Assembly (NCBI GenBank): GCA_964199315.1
Contig: OZ116705.1
Location: 31,124,001-31,188,000 of the forward strand
Reading direction: 5' to 3'
DNA length: 64,000 nucleotides
From: Orbicella franksi
Taxonomy: Eukaryota
Shown: in pieces, positions 24,832 to 38,880 of the stretch
Layout: every line of letters begins with the position of its first letter
Numbering within the stretch: the stretch's first letter is position 1
Made by a program: the position numbers and the translations under genes
The notes under the pieces: model-generated
What the model was told of the DNA's origin: nothing
The model's database searches: none
Seen by the model: only the letters and a program-made list of their open reading frames with translations

Positions 24832-27800
24832 AATTATCTACACTCACTGTTTTCTGTAATTCTCTATTCTTGTGAGCTATCATGAAGTTTTCCCACTTCA
24901 CTTCCACGGACATCTCATGGGAGCTTATATTTGCCTAAAAGAAATTATGACACTTATAAGCGATGCATTTCTCTGATGTAAAATGCACAGTCGGATTGCT
25001 CAGCCCAGTAGCTCGTCAAGGTCAGTGTTGGTGGCGGAGGCAGCGAGGCCGAGTGGATTGGACGCCGCACTTGAAATGTGAAGGTCGCGGGCTCAAGTCC
25101 CGCTCTGACCACTAAGCTGGAGTTGTTTCTCTGTAGACCCTAGTTCAACTCCTCGGTCATGTTTGTAAATAGCCAACTGGTCTGCCTCCCACCAGTTGGG
25201 ATATTTAAGCCTACTATGTTTATTTGCGTTGTTTCTGTCTTTCAGTTTAAGTGACATGCCTGAGAACTAGCAAGCTAGGTGTAGCTAAGCGCATTTGACC
25301 ACTCAAACATTCCATTTTTTTTTCAGGTTTACCCATCATTGGTCCGAAAGTCCTAAAAATGGCGGCCATACCCATTTATACTGCTGGATTCAGAGAAACC
25401 GCACTATGATAGAACAGTGTGTGACCCTAGAACATTCACAGAAAAACCCGCCTAAGGTCCTAATGCCGAGGGGTCTATTAATATACCAACGCATTGAGCA
25501 TTAAAATTTCTTGCATCATGTGTGATTGCAGCATTAAAGAATGCTATTTTCAGAAGATTTGTTTACCCTGAGTTCCTCTGATCGTCTGTCCATCTTCTTG
25601 GCCATTGACAAGAATGCCTCTTCATCTTCACCTTCTAGATTTTGTCTGAAGCCCCAGCGGTCATATGGCTGGATACTGACACAAAAAAACAAAGCAGTTC
25701 TACACACCTCACAAAATGAATTCAACAAAATAGAACGAGAACCACCAGACCTACTGGCTTTGCCAACAAGACGCAAAAACCTAAAACATGTTTATCAAAC
25801 ACAGCGGATTCCACGCTCATAGCAAAACCTGATGATCTTTTGGATTGTTATTCAACATTGTGGACTTCTAAAGTTGTTACGTCATCATATCCTGTCTTGT
25901 TGCTGAGCAACGACGCTAACAAAAAACGCGCGCTCAGTTATTTGGCAGGTTCTAAACTCGTCTGTACAACACTTCATGTAGTGTACACTGACCTGGACCT
26001 GGACATCGTCAACACCTCACGTGACTCGCTGTCAATAGCGTCTTCCACCAGTCTACTGATAACTTCATCATCCATACCCCAGTTCTCACCATCTGTACAC
26101 AGCACACAATTACGTATTGACTAATTAATAACTGCACAATTACATGAAATAGACAAACTCTTCTTTGATTTTGAGGGTGTAATAAAAACGTTATTTGTAC
26201 AGTGGAGGTATAAATATAGCTTTTATTACCTTTTCGTGGTTTCTGGAATTCTCTTAATACAAGAAAGTACTTGCTTTTGCATTTACACATCTCGGCTTCA
26301 ATGGTGGCCAGTCGTCTGAAAAATACCAAGAGAAGTTCAACTCAAGCGCTGAAAAGGATGTACATTGAATTTTTACACAAAAAAATTAAAGCTGCCACTA
26401 GTGGTCAGTCTAAGAGGCATTTTACTGTATCATTGAAATGGAGTATTGGAGGGAAAGGATAGAAAAATGCTTATAAGTGAAGGGGTTTATGTTGCCATTA
26501 AAGAGCAATCGGGCTACAAAAGTTTTTCGTCCGCTTCTTTTCCAAGAAATTCTGTTCTGTAGAACCCTGCTCTATTTAACACCGGCAGGAATTGACAATC
26601 GTGTGAATACTTACATGGCCTGTGCTCTGAGTATCTGACTGTCGTGTGCCCTGAGCTTGTTAAACTCCAGAATCTCACTGTTCAAGAAGCGATTTTGAAG
26701 CACATAAGCTTGGCACGCTTCCTAAGTAGACAAAAAAAGGATGAAACGATAAGTAATTGGAGCGAGTGGAGTACAATCCAATCCCGTGAGTAAATTAAAA
26801 AAACCAAAGGCAAATATGTCAACTTCAGAAGCCGTTTGAAACAATCCTACTGGTAATTACCTTCAGTTTTCCTATCTCTTGTATTTCATCAATGCTTCTC
26901 TCTACAGACGAAGGGTCCGTGTCTTTGCACGGAGCCGTGCTGCAAGAAAATACGCGAAAAAGAATCTTACAATGCTCTATCAGTGAAATAAGCTGTTTTC
27001 TTTTGATGTTAGTACCGTAATTAACGTAGCATATCAGAGCTTCAATATGCAGAAAAGAAGTTCTCTCACCTTCACGGATTTCAATCAATTGACAGCAAGT
27101 GGTCATTTTTACTCCATTTTTCCCGTTTCAGTTGGATCTTACTAAGGTAGCAGCCTGAGCGAATGATTAGAGCGCTGGACCGGACATGCGCAGGACTGCG
27201 CAAGTTCAAATCTTGCTCTGAAACCCGGTTGGATTTGTTCTCGGTAGACTTGAGTTCAGCTCCTCGGTCACGCTTTGTAAATAATCGACCAAGTGCCTAA
27301 TCTTCTGCCAGGCGTGATTTTTTTTTTACGATATTTGTGTCATAAATTGTTGACATAAGTCCGACAAGCCCCACTGCTTTACTCTTTACTTTACGTTACT
27401 TGCTTTATTTTATCATATTATTTATATGTATCTTTGTTCCTTCAGTCGAACAGGAGATATATCTCAAAGGCCAGAGGTACTTTTTTCTTACTTTTCAATG
27501 GCACCATCATCTTCTTCATCAAACTCTTGTACTTCTACTCCTTCAACAGTGGACTTCTCTAACGCGTACAACTAATAACGACAACAAAGCACTCAGGCAA
27601 GATTTTGTGAGCTGAAAATTGTCATGTTAGCTCATGTTCTTCAAATGGTTTCGCCATTAATCTCTAATCAATAATCTTCCAATGCATTGAACTACGATAT
27701 CTATAACACTGATCAAGAACTAATGGAATACTTTACAGTCCTAACGGATTTTACCAATTTGCAATCATTGTTTACCTGGTTAGTGAGTGAGACCACAACC

Positions 27801-30800
27801 TGGTCCTTAACAGCAGTCATCTCCTGGTACATCTGAATTTGGTCCCTACACTCTCTCAGCTCCTTATCGTTGGCCCTGAAAGGGAAATGATACATCGATC
27901 ACAAACAAACAAGTAAACGACAAAAAGCAATTGATCAGTACAAAAAACAAAAAGAACAACAAAAGGAAAAACAAACTCTATTTTCAACCGCGCAGTTATC
28001 AGACTTTTTAATTAAGCTCTAAATGTGTTTTAAGCAAGTAGCTGTAAACAAGCTCGGTGAGAAGTAAATAAGTATCATAGGAACACTTTATAAAAGAAAC
28101 TAACATAACTGTTCGTGACATTTTAATTTAGACTTACTTAATAACTTTATCAGACTTCTCAAGCTCCTCAGTCAATTCCTTCAACCTCTCCTCAAGCTTC
28201 ACATTCAAGAAAACGAAAAAAAAAGTGTGAAAAGATATAAAACGGAAAAATAAGGAACAAATGTACTAATTTAAAATAATAGAGTATTGTTTTGGCGACC
28301 GATTGGAGTTCATGTCTGCTTCGTTAATGTTTGCAGTCTGCCATGATTCGAAAGTTTTTCGAACTCGAATAGCTCCTTTGTTAGTTACACTGGCATTGTC
28401 AAAATCAATCAAATGGTTGTTGGACTGTGACTGGACAGAAAGACCCACGTTGTTCAAGACCCACAGAGACATCAGATAGTTCCTCTTGCGAGTCTTTGCA
28501 AATTATCCTTCGCAGGTATAAAAACGGCCATTCTTCAAACCAACCTGTGAGATGTAAATTAATTTGTCTTTCATTTCTTCTGAAAGCGATCTCTGTTCTT
28601 CGTCTGAACTTTGTGTTCTAGGAAAAAGAAAACAGTCATTTGAATAACTTCGATATCCATTACACAAGAAAAGCAGAACACTTAAAGAAATCTCGTTCAC
28701 CCGGCGTCACATACAATTCGTCTTTGTGTGTTGAGATCTTGTTGTTCATGCAGAATATTTAACACCAAAAAAATTCAACGACATTCGGCCAGTGCAAACG
28801 ATTCACGTGTCTGTACACAAGCATTCCTGATCATTCTTGAGAGTTCTCTATTATAAAACTACATGTACCAATAGTGTTTAAGCTAACCTTTTGCTTTTCT
28901 CCAATTCAAATTGTCTGAAAATAAAGCAACATTTTCATAAGTGGTAGAATCAGCCATTCAAAATATACCCGCAAACTGCCGCTTATAAAATATTACTTCT
29001 GAATAAAGCCTCTCAACGCCCCCCCCGGCCCCCCGCCCCCCCGATATAAGCCTCTCTCGGGTAAAAAAATGGACTGAGTTCAATTTATTATGTTGTAAAG
29101 CTTAATTAAAAAGCACTATATGAAAAACGCATTTCGATCAACACTGCTGTAGCTCATTTCAAAAGGGATTGTTTATTCTGGTTATACGCCCCCCACCCCT
29201 ACCCCCTCCGCCGGATATAAGCCCCGCCCAAAGTCCGTTTACAAGCCCATTCAAAACCTATCACAAAGTTATGTAAGCCCAGGGCTTATAAGCTGAAGTT
29301 TACGATACAAGATAATTCAAAGGTGCATTCAAGCTCCTCAAAGTTTAGCATTCCACGAGGTCGTTAGTTTGGTTTCGTTTCTTACCTGAGATGCTCGTGA
29401 AGACTCTCTATCACATCTTGCCTCACTTGTATTTCACTGAGGAAAACAAAATATTAATAATACAACAGGCAAGCTCAGCACACCTGCATTGGGGAACTGA
29501 ATCGTCTCTAGTCAATCTTTTTCAGACCTTTCTTGTTCCTTTTTTTTTCATCATAACCTCTTAATTTGGTGTTTTCACAAACAACTTAATTTGAAAATTA
29601 ATTTTATGTTGATAACATGACTGAGCTGGAAGGCCGGACAGTAAAATCTTCAGCTCAAAATTTCACTTCAACTGTTCGCACATCAGTTCTGGCAATCTCG
29701 GAACAGTGCAGTTAGCAAGTCAGCACCATAGCAACTCAGCAGCATCTTGTGGGTATCGTCTGCCATGGTGCGGTGGGTCAGGTCTACGGCTGAATTTAAT
29801 AGGGCTCTTAGAATGGTTCGCATCCAGAATAACTGTGAACTGTGTAATCGTCACTAGGCTAATAGACACACCAGCTCTGATATGCACAAGTTAATGGCAA
29901 TCATTCATGGAAAAAAGAATCAGTGTATGACATAAACTCCATCAGAGCATCATCACACCAAATAACTTACTCCCTTGCAGATTTCAAGCTTGTTTCTGCA
30001 GCAGCTAGCGCATCCTGTAACTGAAAAAAAAAGACTTATTTTCAAAATGAGCTCAGTGATAGTCACAAATCTGCCTCGGCCAACTGTCTCCAAGCACTCT
30101 AATAGAAACTACATTTAATAGCATTTCTGAGCAAAAACTTCAGTTTCTCGACTAGGTAGTCATTTTGCCCTCAGTTTCCATGCCTAACTGTGCTTTTGTA
30201 TTTTAGGGTTAAGGTTCCTTGAAAAATTACTGAAAAATTACCCTTGAGACTTGATGAGTTAGTTTTAGAACCAAAACGATCTCATCTGTGGAGACCTTAA
30301 TTTTGGCGGTTTCGCTCTGTATAAAGAAACAACTCCTCTCACAAATCTTTCTGGAAGACCATTAAAAATACAATGATTGTCTGAAATAGACATTTTCCAC
30401 AAAAACTAGAACACCAAACCTCTCTGAGTTTGTTCATATTTACCTTTTCACATTCTGCACATCGAGACGTTGTTCTTCCACCTACTACTGGCTGACTTGA
30501 TGTTCGCGTACTGCCAAACTTCCTACAAAATATTTAGGTCTCTATCAAATGATAGACAATCGCAGACAATCACTAATGAAAAGTTAGTAAATAAAGGTAA
30601 AGAATGAAATAATAATATAACACAGAGATAGCAGCTGGACATAAACTCCTGTGCCCCCAATCTTAAGTCCTACTAGCCATGGACTGGTAAAAATGCCCCT
30701 CAAATGAAGCTTGATAAACTAACCTCCGAAGTGTTGTAGCCTTGAGAAAAGTGGAACTGAAATGAATAAGAACTACTATAAATGAATGTAAAACAACTCA

Positions 30801-33800
30801 ATAAGGAAGAAATAAACTTAGCAAAATATTAAGGCTGCTTGCAAATGATGAATGAAGTAGCTCTTGTAGAGAATCCCTGCCTGCAGAATTTGTATAATTG
30901 AAAATCCTAAATGGTATTGTCTACTCAGTCCATACAACCACAGCAGAGAATGGCCATGGTCAGTGACAAATCATATCAGTGACAACAGGGAAAAGTTCCA
31001 GGTATGAAAATAATTAAAGTTTTACACTTGTTTGCACATTGTTCTTAATGTAATTCCCAATTTCTGCATGAAACAAGACCATCTATCAGAGATCTGGCTG
31101 AGCAAACAATTTGTTTGCATATATACAGTTGTACCTGAATGGCTTTGCTTTTTCGTCCATGTTTTCTTGTTGGGCCTGGCAAGTGTCAGGTTTGGGACTC
31201 TCGATCTTGATGTGACTCTGAAACGAACTTGAGATTTCAAAGCAAAAGTTACCTAAAGAGACACACAGACACACCTTGAAAAAACCTAATTGGAATCAGT
31301 ATTCAGGACTTTCAGTTGTTAACTTAGCTAAAAACATCTAGTTTCATTTATAATGTAGGTACACCATTATCTGTTTGGATTTCTTCAGAGCAGGATGAGA
31401 AAATCTCACAGGGCAAGCAGCCCTCATAGCAGTTATACAATGTGAAGCTTATGTAACACTCTCTTTGAATAGGATACCAGTCCACTGCCCGCATACTTCA
31501 TCCAAGCATATTAAGCATGTTTTTCTTTGTCTCTCTCACCTGCAGTTCCCATTCTCAAACCAGCAAATAGATGTTATGAATTCTTTGATAACTGTTACCT
31601 CTTGCTTTCATCAGCTTCTTCATCATCATCTGGCATCAGAGGTGCTGATATTATGAGTGGTGGCTGTTGTGATAAGACTACTGATGATCTCTTTGCACTG
31701 ATGGAAAGGAAATATTTTAAATAGATAAATATACATGTAATAAATAAATGATATAACAAGGGATAAACAATGTCAGACAGTGCAATTTCTAGTATTAAGT
31801 TTACATTAAAAATTATTTTCAACAACGTTATGGATTCCTTGACATTTTCAGAACATTCTGTTGCAAAAGTTTCAGTTAACAGAGAGATATTTTGTGGCAA
31901 AAACTAACTAAAAATGCATTGTTACATATATGTGTATACTCCTGTAAAGATGCAGTATGTACTTTATGTTTTTTATTTCAGTCACAAGGTTTGTGAAAGA
32001 AAAGTTAGACAGGATTCCAGGTGATGTGGCTTTCATGGCAGCGGCTTCTTCTCCCACAGACTCAGGTGCTGGCACCGGCTCTATGATGGGGAGAGGTGCC
32101 TCATCTGTTGACGTCAAAAAACATCACACCAACTGTTACTGATAAATTGCATGCTTAAATAAGCGTGCTCTTAACGTTAAGTGTAAATAGTAAATAAAAG
32201 AGTTTTGTTATACTAATTAGATTATAATAGTACTGTGACAATCAGGAACAGTATACTGACTGACAGACTGACAGACTGGTCAGAAGTCTACTTCCAAAAT
32301 GCACGTGACTTCCTTGAGGTCTGAAACCTAAGCCCATGATATGGTCACACAGTACTGGTCAGTGGATTCCTTGCTAGGACCATTGTGAATTGACCCTAAC
32401 ACCGATGTGCAATATCAAAGATGTACTCTATAAACCTCAGTTCACCTATCAGCTGGAGCATAGCTGCCATGTTGCACGATATTGTCATTTTTCATTGTCA
32501 TAGGGCGCATGTGCCCGCGATCCATGCCGTTAGCCATGTTGACCACGAAAAAAGAGTTACATGCTTTTCTATTTCTATGCATGCATGTGGTTGTGTTCCT
32601 ATAGTTATGGTGCTCCACTTGGCAGCCAGAGATCTGCTACTAACAAAAAGACAGCAAGTTGACCATCCCTATCTAGATAACCTTTATTTTCCTCCTCTGT
32701 TTCCTCCTCCTCAGCCAGCAGGCCACATGTTGATTGCTGTAAAAGCAATGAACACTGGGTATCAGTGACAATTGTAATGGACAGTCAATACACTGTGGCT
32801 TATCAGTTTTGACTCTTAACCCAGGGGTATTGTATCTCCCCCTTAGCTGGGAAGCTAGTTTATCATAGGTTACTCCATCCACCCTCTCGGAATTTGCTAG
32901 GTTATCCCTGATTCAGTATGTGTGTGTGTGGGGGGGGGGGGGGGGGGAGGAGGCTTGGGACAAGGAGAGGTGTTGTTCTGGGCAACAATATACCATTTCC
33001 GAGTTGCCCCAAGCCTCTTATCACAGCAGGCCTGGTGCACCACCATTCATATGACAATGAGTTTAATTTGCATGTGAATGAAATCTCATTTTCATATGAA
33101 AGGATGAGCACCAAGACTCTCTTAAAGAAAGAAGCTAAAGGAGATTCGGAAATGGCCCTTTTAAATACACCAGAGTGAAGAAAGGCCTTGGGAGAGTGAA
33201 ATTTTGTACTTAATGAAACAACTTACGTAACCTTAGAAAATGCTACCAGTTTTAACTGTCAAACAACATCTTAGGACCTCAAGTCTGAAGGACTATACAC
33301 CTCTCACACAATGCTCAGGGCTGCCATTAAGGGTTGTCACCCATAGCAACTGTTATCACTGAGCATGCCTGATGGACCCTTGATGTTTCAGGTGAAATAG
33401 CTTATTGTTGATATAATTCACACACAATTTATTAATGTCACAAGTTTGTTACATATGTAGGGGTGTGAAAATCATGGCAACAGGTGACTCAAAACTTAAT
33501 GACAGCCCTGATGCTGAGAAGATCACTTTATTTTCAAACAAGAAACAGTCAAGCAGCTACTAACACCTCCTATCAAATTTATCAACATTTACTTAATAAA
33601 TTAAGTTCTTCCTCACCCCAAGAGCTGATATGTCTCCTTTGTTTTGAACAACAATGTTTGCTCGTTTTTTACTGTGTTCCCGCCTTCTTCCCTAAATATT
33701 TACACATAGATTAATTTACAGAAAACTGCGTTAATGCTGAATAAAATTAACTGTAATACTCTTCGCCAACTAAATATGTATGCATTATTATTATTTGCAT

Positions 33801-36800
33801 TATATTATTAACTTGATTTTCAACCTGATTCTACACTTTAGTATATTAATTTCTAAAAGTAATCAATAATGACTAATTATTATGAAACATTAAATAAGAA
33901 TGATAAGCAAGTGCTTCCACAGCTTTTTTTTTAGTTCTCCCAAACTTCCTCAAGTGTCTCTATAATTCAATAGAAACACCAAAAACATGTTTTCTATTTC
34001 TTTTAGAAAATTATGCAAAAACAAAAGAAAACAACTTGTTTACTTTGATCATCAAAATATAAATTATGTTTGCTAGTGCCATCATATGTCAACAGCTCGT
34101 GCTAGTTCTGTGTTCTTATTGAGTTATAGAAATGCAGTTTTAAACCAATCAGTGTACATATTTTCTTTTGGGATATTTTCTAATGAAACAATAATAAAAC
34201 ACCAACTAGCTTCACCACTTGTGTAATGTCAACAAAACATTTCAAAATGATATGAATGTTTCACCTGAAGCTCTTGAAGCCAAAACATCATAGTTTGCTT
34301 ATCTTTTGCTTGAAGCTGATAGATTCTTCCGGATGTACTAAACAAAATAATATTAAACAGTTTACTGCACTTCTACACATCCAAAGGAGCTGCCAAAGTC
34401 CCAAAATTTCTGGAAATCCAGTCTCATATAGACCTCCCAGTCTCATGCAGCCAACCCAGCCATATACAGGCACCCCAATCTCATTCAGCCAACCCAGACA
34501 TATACAGGCAGCCCAATCTCATTAAGCCAACGCAGCCATATACAGGCAACCCAATCTCATTCAGCCAACCCAGCCATATACAGGCAATCCAATCCCATTC
34601 AGTCAACCAAGCCATATACAGGCACCCCTATCTCATTCAGGTAACCCAGCTATATACAGGTACCCCAATCTCATGCAGCCAACCCAGCCATATACAGGCA
34701 AGCCAATCTCATTCAGCCAAACCAGCCATATACAGGCAACCCAACTACATATAGGCAACCTGATATACCACATTTACGCAACCCGAGTTACCTTTTGCCT
34801 CTTTTTCAAACAAATCTTTGTGCAAAACCTTTCATATGAAAATGAGTTTGATTTGTATGGAAATGAAGCTGTAGGCCAAATGCATTTTCATATGAATGGT
34901 TTCACATGTAGACTTGTTTTGATACCAAGGCTAAAGGCAACTCAGAAATGGCCTATCTCATACAGACAGTTCAGCCATATACAGGCAACCCAGCCATATA
35001 CAGGCAACCCAGCAATATACAAGCAACCCAGCAATATACAAGCAACCCAGCAATATACAGGCAACCCAGCCATACACAGGCAACCCAGCCATATACAAGC
35101 AACCCAGCTTTATACAAGCAACCCAGCCATATACAGGCAACCCAGCCATAAACAGGCAACCCAGCCATATATAGGCAACCCAGCTATATACAAGCAACCC
35201 AGTCATATACAGGCAACCCAGCCATATACACGCAACCCTATCTCATGAAGGAAACCCAGCCTCCCACAATGCAACTATATGCAGGCAGTTGGGCTTCATT
35301 TTAGCAAACTATGGATAAATTTGTCTTACCAAATCTTAAACCCATTCAGTCTATCCGCATCTTCTACATCAAAGGTGAAGGACGCGTTTGCCAAATCGAT
35401 ATGGCTGAAAGTACACAAAACAGTTATATGCATTAAAATATATATAGCACAATTTGATTGTATAATAATTTTATTTCAGTTTTTATTTGAGAATCTGATG
35501 ACTATGTGACTGGAGGCCAGCTCGAGCCAAAAAAAAGTAAAGCAAAGATCTTTATGGTACATTGTACATAACCACTTCAATTGTTAACAATACAATCACT
35601 CTCAATGGTACAATTAAAATATGTCCCAGGTGACCAGCTGTCAAGTGAGGGAAAAGTTAAGTACCAGCTAATGGTGAATTCTGGTTATTTCAATGCCATT
35701 CTGGTATTGCTTACAGTTCTTTCAAATTTATTTGTAACATCATACTCACAATAAAAACCTTACCCAAGAGGTGTGACATCCTGTGGAGTTCTGTAATAAT
35801 ACAGCTTGCACTTTCTTTCCTCATATACAAACCATCTTGTTTTCCATGTTTTTAATCCCTTTGCTAAATTTGTGATAAACATAAATCATACATGTGCTAT
35901 TGAAGAAGTGCTAGGTCTGTATTGAGAACATATATTGGTCTGACTACAGTGTAGTTCTTTGTCTGCTAGCCTGTGGACAGGCTCTGGATGGAAGGGTCTG
36001 ACCACAGCTCGAAGGGCCAAGAAGGAACTGGTCATAAGTAACGCGGTCCAAGGGGGATTGGGTGGGTGGTGGTCGTTGACTAGAGAGCCTTTTCTATGAT
36101 CCTTGACAAGACAGCCTGTTCACAAATGGAGCAAGCCATAGCTTGTTTTCCTAGCTAGGCGGACTCAGTCATTCACATGTTACCTCAAGTGCAATTAACT
36201 GAGCAACTATAACATTAGTGGGTATTTATTATGACTGAGAAAATTACTTCATTTTGATCGGCTTACTCCACTAGGCCTTCAAGTTAAACTCTGGCAACAT
36301 GATGTAACCTTACCTAATAAATGAATGCCAATATGTTTCTTATCCAATGTACATACTTTACTGGCTAATTAAAAGGTACACTTATGGATAAATTTACTTA
36401 CCTCCAAGCTTGTTCAGAAACCCACACAGCTTTGGAGTACCACTGGTGATTTTCTGACACGTTCAAAAGACACAACATATAAATTTACTACATATGTGTG
36501 AAAAAGGTCACCATGTCAAACATGCGTACTTCAATATTTATAAAACAAACGTTTTCAGCTACCACTCTGAGCAGGCAAACCTCAGAAAGTGAAATACACT
36601 GTACTTTATTGAAAGGTTCTACACATGTCCCTGGGATCGCTTCGCAGTAAAGAAAGCGAAATAATGAGCTTTCGATTGCTCACTTTTAATTTAACTTCCT
36701 TGTTGGCACTTGCTTTATATAACAGCTGTTTACTACACCCGATCTGCGGTTCAGTGCAGGTGAACAACAACTAAACCTCATTTGGACCTCTATAAGGGGC

Positions 36801-37124
36801 GCTACCTAATAATTTACCACGTAATTAATAATTATCAAAGCTAGACCAAGATTGATTAAGCTTCCCAAACGTTTATCCCTTGTACAATAGATCAATTATG
36901 CAGGAAACAAGGCTAGACATGGGTTTTAACAAATCACAACATACATTGTATCGATCGATGGAGCTCTCATCAAAGAATTTGCCGCGAATTTTAAATACCT
37001 TGGATTTGTTATTTCCGTCATTCTTTTCAAGAGAGGTCTCAGAGTCATCTTGAGGAGTTTCTTTACCAGCTGTGGAGTGCTGAATTTCCGCTGGGACAGA
37101 AACAAGCTCCCAAGAATCCTCCAT
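21303..37124 (-). CDS. TBC1D2B: TBC1 domain family member 2/2B-like RabGAP (PH + coiled-coil + TBC), multi-exon
   Basis: First exon 37124-36999 (MEDSWELVS...). PH exons: 36453-36402 (KLCGFLNKLG), 35863-35764 (KTWKTRWFVYEERKCKLYYYR), 35404-35330 and 34337-34265 (IYQLQAKDKQTMMFWLQELQ). TBC exons near 24.5 kb (IELDLLRT, R finger), 24.0 kb (LLAYSWHNLDVGYCQ, Q finger), 23.9-22.1 kb (GLNRLVAIALL, FNWFLTIF, LRVWDTFLFEGNKVLFRFAL) and 21785-21708 (IAFQLLNPFP). Last exon 21401-21303. Some coiled-coil exons (28-32 kb) were not fully traced. Confidence 0.93.
21789..21882. repeat. Short degenerate tandem repeat (AAAGCACATAATT-type) in a TBC intron next to an acceptor
   Basis: Repeated gcacataatt / gtacataa(t/g)tt / tacaaagca motifs. 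Confidence 0.6.
22322..22545 (-). mobile_element. tRNA-derived SINE (GGAAAACCGGAGAACCCGGAG family)
   Basis: The minus strand starts GGGATGGCGCAGTGGTGAGAGCGCTCGCCTCC...GGGTTCCATTCCG (A/B-box-like), followed by the typical body. It is intronic. Confidence 0.8.
24773..24829. repeat. (GA)n microsatellite
   Basis: Pure GA run in a short TBC intron. It explains the LSLSLS tract in the ORF track. Confidence 0.97.
25030..25300 (+). mobile_element. tRNA-derived SINE with central TAGCCAACTGG..CCTCC..CCAGTTGGGA domain; degenerate sister copy at ~27145-27380
   Basis: GGCAGCGAGGCCGAGTGG...GGGCTCAAGTCCCGCTCTGACCAC head and AGTTCAACTCCTCGGTCA body, shared with the 27.2-kb copy. Confidence 0.75.
34435..35240. 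repeat. Minisatellite: ~8 x 38-bp units, then a MITE (~34775-34956), then ~14 x 19-bp units
   Basis: The 38-mer CCAATCTCATTCAGCCAAC+CCAGCCATATACAGGCAAC has period 38 (TCTCAT at 34441, 34479, 34517...). The second array is only the 19-mer CCAGCCATATACAGGCAAC. The intervening element ends GGCAACTCAGAAATGGCCTAT and is related to 32990-33165. Confidence 0.9.
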
Positions 37125-37582
37125 GTTTTGGACACTGGAATATGGTGAACTGTCGGAGGAGGTCGGAAGGTTTCGGTTTTCGTAAAGTATGTTGAGTCCA
37201 ACACCAGAAAAAAAAAGCTACAGGTTTAAGCCAGTACCCTTTTAGGTTGAGTAGACCTAGAGGAAAACTTAGCTGAAAGGAACAAAGAAAGAGGGAAAAT
37301 GCCTTCTATACATGAGAAATCCGATTACCCGAGGATATCTGAAATTTCCCGACATCTCAGTATCTACTCGGGCCCAGTTTACGGTCTTCCTCTCCCCACT
37401 CGGCTACACTGAGTTCTGCTGCATGGTCGATGCATGTAAGCCTTTTATATTTAACGTTCATGGAAAGACGGGACTCCTAACAGCACTGAAACAATAACAC
37501 CAAGAAAGAAAAAAGAGCAGAAAAAGAAGAAAAAAAGGTATCTTTGCTTTATAGTTGGTGTTTCTTGGCGTCTTAGGGAAAC

Positions 37583-37606
37583 CACGTGACGGTACAAAAT
37601 GGCGGC
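37583..37606. promoter_or_regulatory. E-box plus YY1-like motif in the divergent TBC1D2B / DDX21-like promoter region
   Basis: CACGTG at 37583-37588 and CAAAATGGCGGC at 37595-37606, between head-to-head genes. Confidence 0.5.
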
Positions 37607-38536
37607 CACCGGCACATGAAGTTGTTGCGTCACATTTTGACCAGTGCTTGCTGTTGGTTTAAGTTTCTGACTTAAAATTAACGACAAGCCGTAAAAAAGT
37701 GATCCGTAAATGATGGAGATTTGTTAGTATCATTCAAGAGAATATCGTGATCAAGCAATTAGTGTGCTGTATGTAAACTGAACTTGCACGTGGAAAATCA
37801 TGTGTAAGCTTACCTGAAATCTGCGTGGAAATCAACTAAATCGATGAGGCCCATAGATTAACAATCTTTGTCAGCAACATTTTTAGTTGATAAATGCTTT
37901 CTATCGAATCCAGAACTGAGAAACCAAGTGGCATAGCACCAAACAACAGTTACTTGAAGAACTAATTTTTATATTGGGGACACTCACACCGTGAACACTT
38001 GACATTTAATTTTTTTGCACATTTTTTCAGCGACTATGGAATGAAAGTTTTTCGTATCATCAATAGTGTTTACTCAGTTTTTTATACACTATGAAAACAC
38101 TGGTATTGTATATTGCAGGAAGAGCCTTAATTCTGTAGTCACCAAAAAAATGCCCCAAAAGTGGAGTCTGCATAAGTGTCAAGTGTTTAAAGTTCAAGTG
38201 TCCTCACTAGAACTGTATTTAAAAAATTCTGGTATTTTTTTAATGCTATCTAAAAACATGCTTATGTTTAGTAAGACATGATTTTAAGTCATGTTGATAT
38301 GCTTGTAGCTTATTCTTGAGAATACAGTTGAACCCCTATTAAATGGCCACCCTCAGGGAAATGGACTGTGGCCGCTTAAAAGGGGTTGGCCGCTTAATAT
38401 AGGTAGAAACAATAGAAAAGCCATCATTGGGACCCATAACACCTGCTACGGCTGAGTATGTTTGATGGGCCCTGGATGTTATAGGCTAACTATAGTTGAT
38501 ATAATTCATCTTAAGTGTACACGTAAGAAGTTTGTT

Positions 38537-38589
38537 ATGTGAAGTATATATGAAATAATTCATATTTGAACTGTGGTTGTAGATGAAAA

Positions 38590-38634
<45 letters not shown>

Positions 38635-38880
38635 ACAAGAAGCCTGAAAAAAATCAGGGCTTCAATGGGACTCGAACCTGTGACCTCCACAATGCTGGTG
38701 CGATGCTCTACCAACTGAGCTATGAAGCCACACATTGAGAGCAAGGTCAATTAATTGAGTTCATATATTCCCGGGAGGAGTGAAATGATGTGAAGTATAT
38801 ATGAAATAATTCATATTTGAACTGCGGTTGTAGATGAAAGTGAAGAATGATCATTGCATTAAGTGAAGATCATTCTTCAC
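38537..38880 (-). mobile_element. Tandem ~251-bp tRNA-derived repeat unit (about 1.3 copies); tRNA-like core 38658-38729
   Basis: ATGTGAAGTATATATGAAATAATTCATATTTGAACTG occurs at 38537 and 38788. The minus-strand core is GGCTTCATAGCTCAGTTGGTAGAGCATCGCACC...GGTTCGAGTCCCATTGAAGCC. Confidence 0.8.

Noticed and set aside
34435-35240. CRISPR-like periodicity
   Set aside because: The units are directly adjacent with no unique spacers, and the context is eukaryotic with no cas genes.
34673-35248. 191-aa Q/P/T/Y-rich ORF and overlapping ORFs
   Set aside because: These are translations of an intronic 19/38-bp minisatellite, open in several frames on both strands and without exon boundaries.
37460-37548. 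K-rich plus-strand frame (TPRKKKEQKKKKK) as the first exon of the helicase
   Set aside because: There is no in-frame ATG (the ATG at 37460 stops after 6 codons). The tract is better explained as a minus-strand polypyrimidine tract.
38658-38729. tRNA-like sequence on the minus strand
   Set aside because: It sits inside a tandemly repeated ~251-bp unit related to the SINE head at 386, and the anticodon arm pairs poorly. It is a SINE-type repeat, not a tRNA gene.
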